64,000 nt of DNA. Source: Eledone cirrhosa (Eukaryota). Under the pieces are notes generated by a model that searched no databases, had not been told where the DNA came from, and saw only the letters and a list, made by a program, of their open reading frames with translations. Made by a program: the position numbers and the translations under genes. Below are positions 41,321 through 54,689 of this stretch, piece after piece. How positions within the stretch are numbered: position 1 is the stretch's first letter; each line of letters opens with the position of its first letter. The stretch lies in NCBI GenBank assembly GCA_964016885.1, contig OZ024747.1, positions 60,822,001-60,886,000 on the forward strand, read 5' to 3'.

Positions 41321-41544
41321 TGTGTTTCTCAATAGCTTTTAATCATAATAATCCTCTCGTTCATTAAACCTCCTTTATTTCTTCAACTTTCTTAATCCAT
41401 TTACAGTCTTCCTCTCCCCGTATCTCTAAACCTCCTCAAACATGTCATCTTTATCTATTACCATTCACCTCTACCCACCTTCACCCTTTTCACACCTTTG
41501 CCTTGACAACAGTTTTCCTTCCTTACAAATTTTAAATTTCTCCA

Positions 41545-42467
41545 TCATCATCAGCAGCAGCAGCACCACTACCACCAACAACAACAACAAAACTATTACC
41601 ACTACCACCATCACCACCAACAACACAACCACCACCACCACGACCAACAACAACAACAACACAACCGCAAAAACAACACCACCACCAACAACACAAACAC
41701 AACCACCACCACCAGTAACAACAACATCACCACCACCACCAACAACAGCAACAACACAACCACCACCACCACAAACAACACCACCACCAACAATAACAAC
41801 ACAACCGCAACAACACCACCACCACTAACAACACAAGCGCCACCACCACTAACAACACCACCACCACCACCACCAACAACAACAAAACAACTGCAACAAC
41901 AACAACACCACCAACACCACCACCACCAACAACACCACCACCACCACCACCAACAACACCACCACCACCAACAACAACACCACCACCACCAACAACACCA
42001 CCACCAACAACACCACCACCACCACCAACAACAACAACACCACCACCACCAACAACACCACCACCACCATCACCACCACCAACACCACCACCACCAACAA
42101 CACCACCACCACCATCACCACCACCAACAGCACCACCACCAACAACACCACCACCACCAACAACAACAACACCACCACCACCAACAACACCACCACCACC
42201 ATCACCACCACCAACACCACCACCACCAACAACACCACCACCACCATCACCACCACCACCATCACCACCACCAACAACACCACCACCACCAACAACACCA
42301 CCACCACCACCACCACCACCACCACCACCACCATCACCACCACCACCACCACCATCACCACCACCACCACCACCACCACCACCACCACCACCACCAACAG
42401 CACCACCACCAACAACAACACCACCACCACCAACAACAACAACAACACCACCACCACCACCACCACC

Positions 42468-42561
<94 letters not shown>

Positions 42562-42570
42562 CCAACAACA
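41545..42570. repeat. (CAC/CAA)n tract
   Basis: Direct reading. Confidence 0.95.
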
Positions 42571-42777
42571 CTATTATCAAAATTAAAATAATACACATTT
42601 CTATATTTCTCCTCCTTTTCTTCATTATGGGGTCAATAAAATAAAGTACCAGTAATGCACTGGGTAATTGCTGGCCTTGTGCCTAAAGTAGAAACAATTA
42701 TCATTATTGTTGTTGCTGTTGTAGATAGTGTCACATCCTTCTTCCCCCACCCTCAGTCTTACAACATTTACATTGGA

Positions 42778-43229
42778 CCCTTCCTAACTGCCCCCACCCT
42801 TCCTACCTGCCCCCACCCTTCCTAACTGCCCCACCCTTCCTACCTGCCCCCACCCTTCCTAACTGCCCCACCCTTCCTACCTGCCCCCACCCTTCCTAAC
42901 TGCCCCACCCTTCCTACCTGCCCCCACCCTTCCTAACTGCCCCACCCTTCCTACCTGCCCCCACCCTTCCTAACTGCCCCACCCTTCCTACCTGCCCCCA
43001 CCCTTCCTAACTGCCCCCACCCTTCCTACCTGCCCCCACCCTTCCTAACTGCCCCACCCTTCCTACCTGCCCCCACCCTTCCTAACTGCCCCCACCCTTC
43101 CTACCTGCCCCCACCCTTCCTAACTGCCCCCACCCTTCCTACCTGCCCCCACCCTTCCTAACTGCCCCACCCTTCCTACCTGCCCCCACCCTTCCTACCT
43201 GTGCCACCCTTCCTACCTGCCCCCACCCC
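42778..43229. repeat. 18/19-bp minisatellite CCCTTCCTA(A/C)CTGCCCC(C)A, ~24 copies
   Basis: Direct reading; A and C variants alternate. Confidence 0.95.
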
Positions 43230-43387
43230 ACCAAATTCCTCATCACCCCAAGTGCCCCCCAATGGTAGCTAAGATCTAGGTCCTACTCTATCACTAATCA
43301 CTGCCAGCCACTGGGAGCAGGCCAACTGTTAGCCATGATGCAATTATTTACAGCTGCCATCTTTCTTTCTTACGCTAGTAACATTCT

Positions 43388-43665
43388 ATCATCACCATCA
43401 CCATCACCATCACCATCATTATCACCCTCATTATCACCCTCACCATCATCACCATCATCATTGACATCACCATCTCCATCACCATCAACATCATTATCAT
43501 CATCATCACTGTCGCCATCATTATCACCACCATCAACATCATTATCACTGTCATCACTGTCATCATTAGCATTATCATTCTCATCATCACCCTCACCATC
43601 ATCATCATCACTGTCGTCATTGTCATCCTTATGATGGTCACTATAATCATTGACATCGTCATCAC

Positions 43666-43706
<41 letters not shown>

Positions 43707-43954
43707 ACATCATCAACATCATCATCACCATCATACTCATCATCACCATCATCACCATCAACATCACCATCAACATCATCATCACCATCAACATCATCAT
43801 CACCATCAACATCATCACCATCATCACCATCAACATTATCATCATCAATATCATCATAATCATCATTGTCACCATCATCATCATCATCATCATCATAATC
43901 ATCATCACCATCACCATCATCATCATCATCATCATCATAATCATCATCACCATC

Positions 43955-43986
<32 letters not shown>

Positions 43987-45112
43987 CATCATCATCATAA
44001 TCATCATCACCATCATCATCATCATCATCATCATTGTCATCACCATCATCACCACCATCATCACCATCATCACCATCAACATCATCATCATCATCACCAC
44101 CATCATCATTATTATCATCATCATCATCATCATAATGAGACTGTTGTCAGCCACCATGCAGTGGCTAATCAAACTTGCTGGCTTGGGGGTCACTGGATGA
44201 AAATCTCATTTGTGTATTATCTGTGACTGACTGCAAAACAATACATTTGGGGTCCTTTTAAATATTGCCGGCCCCTTCAGTATGCCCAGTCAGCTCCTCA
44301 CCCACTTTATCTGCCTCTGTCACAAGAGAGTGTCACCAGATGCCTAAAGTCACTGTTTCTCTTTTGATACAAAACTGTTTTAAAATGTTTATATTTATCT
44401 AAAAACCTTCCATGATATTTTTCTCTAGAGATATTCATTATTTTCTGCTGCCACCATTCCACCACCATTCCACCACCACTCCACCACCACTCTACCACCA
44501 CCACTCCACCACCACTCCACTGCCACCATTCCACCACCATTCCACCACCACTCCACCACCACTCTACCACCACCACTACCACCACCACTCCACCACCACT
44601 CTACCACCACCACTCCACCCACCACTCCACCCACCACTCGACCCACCACTCTACCACCACTCCACTGCCACCACCACCATTCCACCACCACCCTACCACC
44701 ACTCTACCACCACCACTACCACTCTACCACCACTCCACCACCACTCTACCACCACCACCTCTGCTGCCACCATCACCACTCCACTGCCACTCTACCACCA
44801 CTCTACCACCACTCTACCACCACTCCACCTCCACTGCCACCATCACCACTCCACTGCCACTCTGCCACCACCACTACCACTACCACCACCACTCTACCAC
44901 TACCACCACCACCACTCTACCACCACTCTACCACCACCACCACCACTCTACCACCACTCTACCACTACCACCACCACTCTACCACCACTCCACCACCACC
45001 TCCACTGCCACCATCACCCCTCCACTGCCACTCTCTACCACTCCCATCACCACTCCACTGCCACTCTACCACCACCACTCCACCACCACTCCACCACCAC
45101 TCTACCACCACC
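43388..45112. repeat. (CAT)n and (CCA/CTA)n tracts separated by ~300 bp of unique sequence
   Basis: Direct reading. Confidence 0.9.
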
Positions 45113-45167
45113 CTATTCTTTAGTATTTTCCAAATTATTCAAAAATCATAGGCTGTGTCTTTCTTAA

Positions 45168-45398
45168 CCCTTTAGCATTCACATTACTCTATATATACTA
45201 TTGTATTTTCATGGTAAAGGCTTTACCTCACATAATATCTCACATAATATCTCACATAATATCGAATCTATGAGATTTTGAATGTATTTATTTTGAGAAC
45301 AATACCTTAACATCAGTTTTAGTGACCAGTTACAGCCAGTTTCAACAGAAAGAAGTAGAGAATTCTGGCCGGTTTTGGCCGGTTTGAACATTAAAGGG
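45168..45398. mobile_element. piggyBac-like MITE
   Basis: TTAA|CCCTTTAGCATTCA ... TGAACATTAAAGGG|TTAA. Confidence 0.82.
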
Positions 45399-45800
45399 TT
45401 AAGACATTCAAACCCCATGTCCATAATATCAGAGCTGGGATTTCTCAATTTGGAGAAATAGCAGCTCTGCACTCTATTGAGTAAAATTACTCCAAAGACC
45501 CTTCAGAAAAACCCCAGTTTTGGCTGCTTGTATTTGCAATCATATTCTTTTGGTTATTACCCAAGATTCGTGACCATAGTTAAGGGTTGGCATGGTTACC
45601 GAATTGAAGATAATTTGGCTTTTATACCTACCTCCCCTCTTCTGATTACTGAATGCTGAAGCTGGGGCATTACTGCTCCAGTTCCTGCGTTTCATCACTC
45701 ATGATCACAGCCCTGAGATACTTGAACTTCTGCTTCAGTGGAACTCCACTCACATGTAGAGTGCACTGCATCCTTGAGAGGACGAATATCAGTCATGGGC

Positions 45801-45868
<68 letters not shown>

Positions 45869-46079
45869 GACAAAAAGATTTGGCATCAAGAAAGGTATTC
45901 TGTTGTAAAACATTGTCTCAAAATATTCCGCTCAATTTATGGTAGAACGGAAATATAGGTATCAAGCACGGAAAAGTGGACGTAAAATGATGATGATGAT
46001 GACGATGATGATATATATATATATATATATATTATTCAAAATATTAATAAATGAAAAATATTCTCATAACCAAAATATA

Positions 46080-46142
46080 TATTTTATTATACATATTTCA
46101 AAGGTACAATGGTGTTTGAGTACGTTTTCATCAGATAAAATA
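46080..46142 (-). ncRNA. Type I hammerhead ribozyme
   Basis: TATTTTAT-CTGATGA-AAACGTAC...GTACCTTT-GAAA-TATGTA-TA-ATAAAATA; the adjacent tail (46185-46260) carries GAGTGCT and matches 32881-32950 inverted. Confidence 0.75.
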
Positions 46143-46275
46143 TATGAGAGGTTTGATATGCGACATACCGCTAAGGTTTTGATTATTCAATTCCGAGTGC
46201 TTCTAATCTATTGTAAAATTGTATTCGTTGAATAATCAATGAACCCTATAAACGTTTGGTTATATATATATATAT

Positions 46276-46676
46276 ACATGGCTTAGTGGTTAGAGCATTG
46301 GCCTTGCAATCAAAAGGTTGTGAGTTCAATTCTCAGACCAGGTGATGTGTTGTTTCGTTGAGCAAGACACTTTATTTCACATTGCTCCAGTTTACTCAGC
46401 TGTAGAAATGAGATGATAGGGACTGGGGTCCATATCATTCCACTGTAAAGTGGACGTGTAGGTGCCACAGCAAAAAAGCACCCAGCCCACACTGTAAAGT
46501 GGATGTGTAGGCACCACGGGGAAAAAAAGCACCCAGCACTCACTGTAAATGAGGTTGGTGTTAGGAAGGGCATCCAGCTGTAGAAATCAAGCCAGAATCA
46601 GTTCCCGTCCCACCCTTGCAAGCAGGGAAAAAGCAGACGTAAAATGAAATGATGAATGAATGATGATGATGATGAT
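46276..46676 (+). mobile_element. SINE family A
   Basis: A/B boxes, CORE-like segment, RTE tail. Confidence 0.85.
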
Positions 46677-46731
46677 ATATGTATATAGAATAAAGAAATA
46701 CAAAGTTTAGATAAAGTCCTCCATTGATAAG

Positions 46732-46809
46732 ACCGTGATACATATTTCGATGACAACAATGGCCATGTCATTCTGCGTAGTACTCAGTGCCATGATCTCA
46801 TCAGACAGC
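46732..46809 (-). ncRNA. Type I hammerhead ribozyme
   Basis: GCTGT-CTGATGA-GAT...ATC-GAAA-TATGTA-TC-ACGGT. Confidence 0.65.
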
Positions 46810-46987
46810 TTCTTACATCATCGCTATCACATACACACACAGAAGCACTATCACATATACACATACAAACACTATCACATACATACACCAAAACACACAT
46901 ACAAACACTAACACAAACATAACACACATGCATACACACACACATTACCATACAAATACATATCTAATACACACACCACTCACACAT

Positions 46988-47771
46988 TGGTGGCTTGGCA
47001 GTATCAGTAGAGGGTCTGACGCCATGCTTTGCAGCAAAGAGTTACGGCCCTTTATGGTCTGAGTTCAAATCCCACCGAGGTTAATTTTGCCTTTCATCCT
47101 TACAGGGTCGATAAAATAAAGTACCAGTAATACATGTTGAGTCAATGTTTCACCATACATATAGCCCACACTGTAAATGTGGTTGATGTTAGGAAAGGCA
47201 TTCAGCTGTAAAAAACCTGCCATAGACATTTCCATTCAAGCGAGACACGGTCTCCTGACCAATCCTGCATGGAAACCGTCTAACCCATGTTAGCGTGGAA
47301 AATGGACATTAAACGATGATGATGATGATGATATATATATATATCATCATCATCACCGTTTTAATTCCGTTCTTCCATGCTAGCATGGGTTAGACGGTTT
47401 GTCCTGTTGTGGGCAGTGTCCAGTTGGCTGACCTTGTCTTGCTCATACGGGAACTGATTCTGGCTTGATTTCTACAGCTGGATGCCCTTGCTAACACCAA
47501 CCTCATTTACAGTGAGTGCTGAGTGCTTTTTTTTTGTGGCGCCTCCACGTCCACTTTACAGTGTGGGCTGGGTGTTTTTTTTGCTGTGGCACCTCCACGG
47601 CCACTTTGCAGTGGAATGATAGGGACCCCAGTCCCTCTCATCTCATTTCTACAGCTGAGTAAACTGGAGCAATGTGAAATAAAGTGACTTGCTCAAGGAA
47701 ACAACACATCACCCGGTCTGAGAATTGAACTCATAACCTTTCGATTGCTCTAACCACTAAGCTATGTGCCT
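46988..47771. mobile_element. Cluster: SINE B (+, 46988-47132), RTE tail (+, ~47165-47330), SINE A (-, 47345-47771)
   Basis: Matches to the other family copies in this window. Confidence 0.8.
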
Positions 47772-49058
47772 ATATATGTGTGTGTGTGTGTGTGTGCATA
47801 TTTATACACACACTCAGATAAGGATAACGGATGTTAAATGCTGAAGATGATGATGATGATGATATATAAACAGTTATATGTACACCTGCGTATTTCTAAA
47901 CTCTAGCTAATATCTACCTGTCACGTTATGAAATAATCTAAAACATATTTACAGAACCACAAACTGCCAACAAAACCCACATGTTTCATGTATTTCTCAC
48001 TGGATATTGGAGAGAACAGTGTGCTACATGTGACCACACATGTATTAATGTGTGAGTGTGTGAAGTAGATATGTATTTGTATGGTAATGTGTGTGTATGC
48101 ATGTGTTTGTGTTAGTGATAGTGTTTGTATATGGTAGTTTTTGTATGGGTTTTGGTGTGTGTGTGTGTATATGTGATAGTTTGTATGTGATAGTGTGTGT
48201 GTATGTTTGTATGTGATAGTGTGTATGTGATAGTGTTTGTATGTATGTATGTAATAGTGTTTATATGTGTGTATGTGATAGTGTTTGTATGTAATAGTGT
48301 TTATATGTGTGTATGTGATAGTGTTTGTATGTGGTAGTGTTTATATGTGTGTATGTGATAGTGTTTGTATGTGGTAGTGTTTATATGTGTGTATGTGGTA
48401 GTGTTTATATGTGTGTATGTGATAGTGTTTGTATGTGGTAGTGTTTATATGAGTGTATGTGATAGTGTTTGTATGTGGTAGTGTTTATATGTGTGTATGT
48501 GATAGTGTTTGTATGTGATAGTGTTTATATGAGTGTATGTGATAGTGTGTGTATGTGGTAGTGTTTATATGTGTGTATGTGATAGTATTTGTATGTGGTA
48601 GTGTTTGTATGTTATAGTGTTTGTATGTGTGTATGTGATAGTGTTTGTATGTGTGTATGTGATAGTGTTTGTATGTGTGTATGTGATAGTGTTTGTATGT
48701 GTGTATGTGATAGTGTTTGTATGTGCGTATGTGATAGTGTTGGTATGTGTGTATGTTGATGCTTGGATGTGTATTGATGTGTGTGTGTGTATGTATTTGT
48801 TAGTATGTGTGTGTGTATGGTATGTGTGTTAGCGTTTGTATCTCTGTTAGTGTGTGTGTGTGTGTATTTGTTAGTATGTGTATGGTATGTGTGTTAGCGT
48901 TTGTATCTCTGTTAGTATGTGTGTGTGTGTGTGTGTATGTATTTGTTAGTGTGTGTGTGTGTGTTAACTCATTGCCTGTATTTAAATTAGTTTTCATAGA
49001 ATTAATTTATCATAAGAGTATGCCATCATAGAAAAACAGAGCTTAAATTATGATGATA

Positions 49059-49091
<33 letters not shown>

Positions 49092-49539
49092 TTGAGGATG
49101 ATGTTGAGGATGATGCTGCTGCTGCTGATGCTGATGATGATGATGATGATGATGTCGTCGATGTTAAGGATGATGATGATGATGATGATGTTGATTGCCT
49201 CAAAGAGGGACATGTTTTCTGGGATAATTATCCCATAAAACATGACCCTCTTTAATTCTTCTCTCTTTGCAACAATTAGATTTTTTTAAATTGAAAAATT
49301 TATATCATCATCATCAGCATCATCAGCATCATCATCATCATAATCATCATGATTTTTCTTCTGTTTATTCCATGCAGGCATGGTTTAAACAGATTCTTAT
49401 GTTCTGTGACTAGACATGTCAGAAGACAAAGGTTTGCACATATGTTCTGTCTTGACATGGGTTCTCTGACTGGATGCCCTTCCTAACACCAACCACTTTA
49501 TAAATTGTACTGGATGCATTTTATTATTTTCTCATAGCT

Positions 49540-50095
49540 ACAGCCGTACCCAATGCTGAAGCTGGCACATTACTGCAACCAGCTCCTGTAATTCTGGCAC
49601 TTAATACAGCCTCCTGCCTTCCATTATTTGGGAAAACATACTTGAGATACTTGAATTTTTCCACCTGCTTCAGTGGAATCCCATTCACATGCAGAGTGCA
49701 CTGCATATGCTACTTTGAGAGAATGAAGGTATCGGTCATTACAGCACCAATTTTCATTCCTACGATGCACCATTTGTCAGCAATCCTATCAAGTTCATGT
49801 GGGAGATTTTCTTCCAATGAGTTAATTAACATCATGTTATCTGCGAAGTCCATACGCCTGATTTTACACTCACCTGTCTTGGTATCACTTTCAACTCAGC
49901 TATACATGTCAATCCTGTTTATGACAGTAAACACCCTAGGAGAATTCTGACACCCACAGTGAATGGTTTCAACTTAGCACCATTTATCTGAACACATACG
50001 AAGTCATTTGTATAGAGACTTCATAGCAATTTCCCAAGCATTTGCCATGGAGTTGAACTCACATCCCAAGATGTTTGCGTTCAACTCCTTACCAT
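49540..50095 (-). mobile_element. Degraded RTE-clade RT fragment
   Basis: FADNMMLI (FADD-like) and CTLHVNGIPLKQVEKFKYL; related piece at ~45690-45790. Confidence 0.7.
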
Positions 50096-50408
50096 GCCGA
50101 TACCCAGTTTCTTTCTGTTCTGTAGGCCTCTATACTCTGTTATTACACTATTTTTTGTAGACAAAAGTATGGTGAAAGTTTTTAATTCAATATTCAAATT
50201 TCACTCACTGCTATCTACTCAAAATATTTGCATATATAACGTTGGTAGGGGTCGAAACTACCAAAGTCCATCACAACAGCCGATGACCTTAGAGTTCTGT
50301 GTCCTTCACTTGTATTCTTATTTTAAAAAAATAATTTCTTAAGGTTTCCCCGTAATTATTTATTTTTCGTTGGTTGTCTTGTCCTCTCTTATTAATTTTC
50401 TTAATTTC

Positions 50409-50457
<49 letters not shown>

Positions 50458-50641
50458 AAGTCTAGATGTGTCTTTGCACATATAAGCTTGCATATCTGAT
50501 GAGATGTCGAAAAAGAGTCAGGCCCCGTCACCTTGATTGTACCCTGAGCTGAAGGATATCAAAAAATTGTCATATGTAAATAAAGTTTGTACATATGTTG
50601 CAACACTGACTTCAACTATTTTAAATCTCTCTCTCTCTATC

Positions 50642-50681
<40 letters not shown>

Positions 50682-50786
50682 GTTGTGCTCACAGTTTTTG
50701 GCAGTAGTATATATACTGGTTGGATGCCATTCCTAACACCAGCACCACTTTACAGCATGGACTCTCTCTATATATATATACACACA

Positions 50787-50884
50787 CAAGGTGTCCCTAA
50801 ATGTATACTCACTTCAACAGCATTCTAATAAATATTGCCTGTAGAGGTAATCAAAGTGTATATACATTATTGTAGAACACTGTA
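50787..50884. mobile_element. Possible small Tc1/mariner-type MITE
   Basis: Imperfect TIRs ACAAGGTGTCCCTAAATGTATACTCACTT / AAGTGTATATACATTATTGTAGAACACTGTA. Confidence 0.4.
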
Positions 50885-50891
50885 TATACAT

Positions 50892-50919
<28 letters not shown>

Positions 50920-50922
<3 letters not shown>

Positions 50923-51106
50923 GGAAAATGTATGACCCCGACTGCAGAGCTCAAGCCGTTTTGAAGGCTATTTCTGAAATAGCCGTCGAAACGGCTTGAG
51001 CTCTGCTGTCGGGGTCATACATTTTCCTATTACCCACTCTACTACCCTAAGTATTGAGTACTCTGGTGCGTTATGGTCCATCTGGTTCCTTACCACAAAT
51101 CCTTCG

Positions 51107-51109
<3 letters not shown>
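50920..51109 (+). mobile_element. Hairpin + tail insertion in (TA)n
   Basis: ~55-bp arms across 50920-51030 with a 1-nt centre, then an ~80-bp tail shared with 58058-58137. Confidence 0.8.
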
Positions 51110-51145
<36 letters not shown>

Positions 51146-51146
<1 letters not shown>

Positions 51147-51632
51147 GTACCTTGGTTTTCCTCTTCCAGTGTGTCCATGTAGGGGCTCCCAAAGGAGTAC
51201 TGAGTGCAATGTCAACTCTGGATGTTGGTGAGCATGTCCAACTAACCCCAGTCTCCTCTCTGTCACGTTTGAGCTGACTTTTGGGATGCTCCGATACAGC
51301 TCTGAGTTTTTCATCCTCAGTGTATACTGATTAATGTTCAGAGCCATCCTCAGCATTCTCGTGTAGCACCCATCCACCATCTGAGTGAGTTTCTTGGTCA
51401 GTGTCCAAGTCTCAGACCCATACAGCAGCACAGACTCCACTACAGCAATGAAGAGGCGGATTTTCCGGTCTTTACGAAGGTCCGACTTCCACACCGATCT
51501 CAAGCTGTATGAAGACCAAGGTTAACGTATATGTTGATGCCCTAAGGAGACGCAGGGCATGGCAGCGATAATGAGGGACAGACACCGCTGGAGAGAACTC
51601 GTCCATGGATCTCGGGGAATTTTACCCGCCCT
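51146..51632. mobile_element. RTE-like LINE 3' fragment with 5' inversion
   Basis: 51146-51510 is on the minus strand (KIRLFIAVVESVLLYGSETW...GKPR); 51511-51632 is on the plus strand (the rest of the 3' end). Colinear copy at 53533. Confidence 0.85.
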
Positions 51633-51906
51633 AGATAGATAGATAGATATATATATACATATACACACACACTCATATATATATATATATATATAAACAT
51701 GCACTCATGTACATATTTATATGTATGTATACATATATATACACATATATATAAACATGCACTCACATACATATTTATATGTATGTATGTATGTATGTAT
51801 ATTTATATGTATGTATGTATGTATGTATGTATATAACCATGCACTCATGTACATATTCATATGTATGTATACATATATATATACACATATATATAAACAT
51901 GCACTC

Positions 51907-51937
<31 letters not shown>

Positions 51938-52449
51938 AATATGTATGTGAGTGCATGTTTATATATATGTGTATATATATGTATACATACATATGAATAT
52001 GTGCATGAGTGCATGGTTATATACATACATACATACATACATACATATAAATATACATACATACATACATACATACATATAAATATGTATGTGAGTGCAT
52101 GTTTATATATATATATGTGTATATATATGTATACATTCATGTATGTGAATGTGTGTGTGTTTGTTATAAAGTAAAATATTGAGGTATTCTAACCTAGTTG
52201 AGACTTTGGAGGAATGGTGAAGACGTGAAGGAGAGAAGATGTGGAATGGTGACAGGAGAACGTAAGAATTAATTCATGATTGATTTCTACAATAAATTTG
52301 AGTGATGGTGGTCGGTATGTGGGTTGGCAGAGAGAAGGTCAAGAAGTCGTGTGGAGATTCGTGATCATCTAAGCTCAAGGGAAACTTTTCTTTCTATTCA
52401 TGAAACTGTGGTTGAAAATGTTCACTAAGGTAGTGTATATAAATGTGTC

Positions 52450-52533
52450 TGTGTGTATATATACATGTAAATGTATCTTTGTATATATATGTGTGTGTGT
52501 GTGTGTATATATACACATGTAAATGTATATTAG

Positions 52534-52572
<39 letters not shown>

Positions 52573-52783
52573 TTCTGTATGCATCTGAGTGTGGTTGTAT
52601 GTATGACTGTGTGTGTGTGTTTATGTGTGTGTGTGTATATACACATGTAAATGTATATTTGTATATATATATATATGTGTGTGTGTGTGTATGTTTCTGT
52701 ATGCATCTGAGTGTGGTTGTATGTATGACTGTGTGTGTGTGTTTATGTGTGTGTGTGTATATACACATGTAAATGTATATTTG

Positions 52784-52814
<31 letters not shown>

Positions 52815-52907
52815 ATGTTTCTGTATGCATCTGAGTGTGGTTGTATGTATGACTGTGTGTGTGTGTTTATGTGTGTGTGTGTATATACACATGTAAATGT
52901 ATATTTG

Positions 52908-52938
<31 letters not shown>

Positions 52939-53140
52939 ATGTTTCTGTATGCATCTGAGTGTGGTTGTATGTATGACTGTGTGCGTATAATTAATTGTAT
53001 ATGTATATATATATGTGTGTGTGTTTATGTGTGTGTGTGTGTGTGTGTGTGTTTCTGTATGCATCTGAGTGTGGTTGTATGTATGACTGTGTGCGTATAA
53101 TTAATTGTATATGTATATATATGTGTGTGTGTCTATGTGT
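52450..53140. repeat. ~124-bp TG/TA-rich tandem repeat
   Basis: GTTTCTGTATGCATCTGAGTGTGGTTGTATGTATGACTG recurs five times. Confidence 0.9.
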
Positions 53141-53532
53141 GTGTTCTTATGCAAACACACACACTACTGTATAGATGATGATTTTCCCTGAGACAGCGTA
53201 CATGCAGGAGCATGTGCTTGTCCATGTATACATGTGTATATGAATGTATGTATGTGTGTATATGATTGTATGTATACGTGTGTATATGAATGTATGTATA
53301 CGTGTATATGAATGTACGTATGTGTGTATATGAATGTATGTATACATGTATATGAATGTATGTATGTGTGTATATGAATATATGTATATGTGTATGTTCA
53401 CATACATATATATATAAGTACCAACAGAAATGTTCAAGCATGCTCATTGCCAGAAGATTGAAAGTTGTACAAGGATAGACCTGTGGCTGTAGATGTGCTA
53501 GTTCATACATTTAAATATATATATATATGTAG

Positions 53533-53983
53533 AGACCTGAAAATCCGCCTCTTCATTGCTGTAGTGGAGTCTGTGCTGCTGTATGGGTCTGAGACTTGGA
53601 CACTGACCAAGAAACTCACTCAGATGGTGGATGGGTGCTACACGAGAATGCTGAGGATGGCTCTGAACATTAATCATTATACACTGAGGATGAAAAACTC
53701 AGAGCTGTATGGGAGCATCCCAAAAGTCAGCTCAAAAGTGACACAGAGGAGACTGAGGTTAGCTGGACATGCTCACCGACATCCAGAGTTGACATTGCAC
53801 TCAGTGCTCCTTTGGGAGCCCCTACATGGACACACTAGAAGAGGAAGACCAAGGTTAACGTATGTTGATGCCCTAAGGACAGACACTGGTCTGTTTGAGA
53901 CGCAGGACATGGCAGCGATAATGAGGGACAGAGACCGCTGGAGAGAACTCGTCCATGGATCTCGGGAATTTTACCCGCCTTAG
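53533..53983 (+). mobile_element. 5'-truncated RTE-like LINE, open RT C-terminal region
   Basis: KIRLFIAVVESVLLYGSETWTL...RRLRLAGH...RRGRPRLTYVD...DRDRWR, with (TA)n on both sides. Confidence 0.9.
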
Positions 53984-53986
53984 AGA

Positions 53987-54024
<38 letters not shown>

Positions 54025-54029
54025 TAATA

Positions 54030-54433
54030 GAGAAGACCCGCCTTACCTAAATACAAAGTGAAACCTACTACAGTCAGTAGGCACCTCTAACAAAATACAC
54101 CCCCATCCCACTACCCCCATCCCATCCACACCACCCCTTTCAATGTAAAGTTATGTTGGTACCACAACATCCAGCCCGAAACAAATGAGGTCGTGTAGGT
54201 GTCACGACAAAAAAACACACAGTCCACGCTGTAAATGTGGTCGTGTAGGTGACACGGTAAAAACCTCCCAGTCCACACTGTAAATGTGGTTGGTGTTAGG
54301 AAGGGCATCCAGCCGTAGAAAACCCGCCAGACAGTCCTATGCGAGCAAGACAACCACTCTTGCCTCAAGTGGGAAAACTCCCGTCCAAACCCATGCAAGC
54401 ATGGAATATGGACGTTAAACGATGATGATGATG
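54030..54433 (+). mobile_element. RTE 3' UTR fragment
   Basis: Related to 9797-10185 in reverse orientation and to 1170-1381. Confidence 0.75.
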
Positions 54434-54689
54434 ATTATATATATATATATATATGTATATATATGTATGTATGTATATATATGTATGTATGTATATATAT
54501 ATATATGTATGTATGTATATATATATGTATGTATGTATATATATATGTATGTATGTATATATATATGTATGTATGTATATATATATGTATGTATGTATAT
54601 ATATATGTATGTATGTATATATATATGTATGTATGTATATATATATGTATGTATGTATATATATATGTATGTATGTATGTATGAGAGAT

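Noticed and set aside
43262-43275. ATGGTAGCTAAGAT identical to 14541 and 14908
   Set aside because: An isolated 14-bp match with no flanking similarity; treated as chance.
50490-50525. CTGATGAGATGTCGAAAAAGAGTC hammerhead-like string
   Set aside because: Stems I and III do not pair and stem II is only 2 bp; it may be chance or a heavily decayed copy.
53465-53983. 172-aa ORF as a host gene
   Set aside because: It is a 5'-truncated LINE RT C-terminus; the upstream in-frame part runs through a TA repeat.
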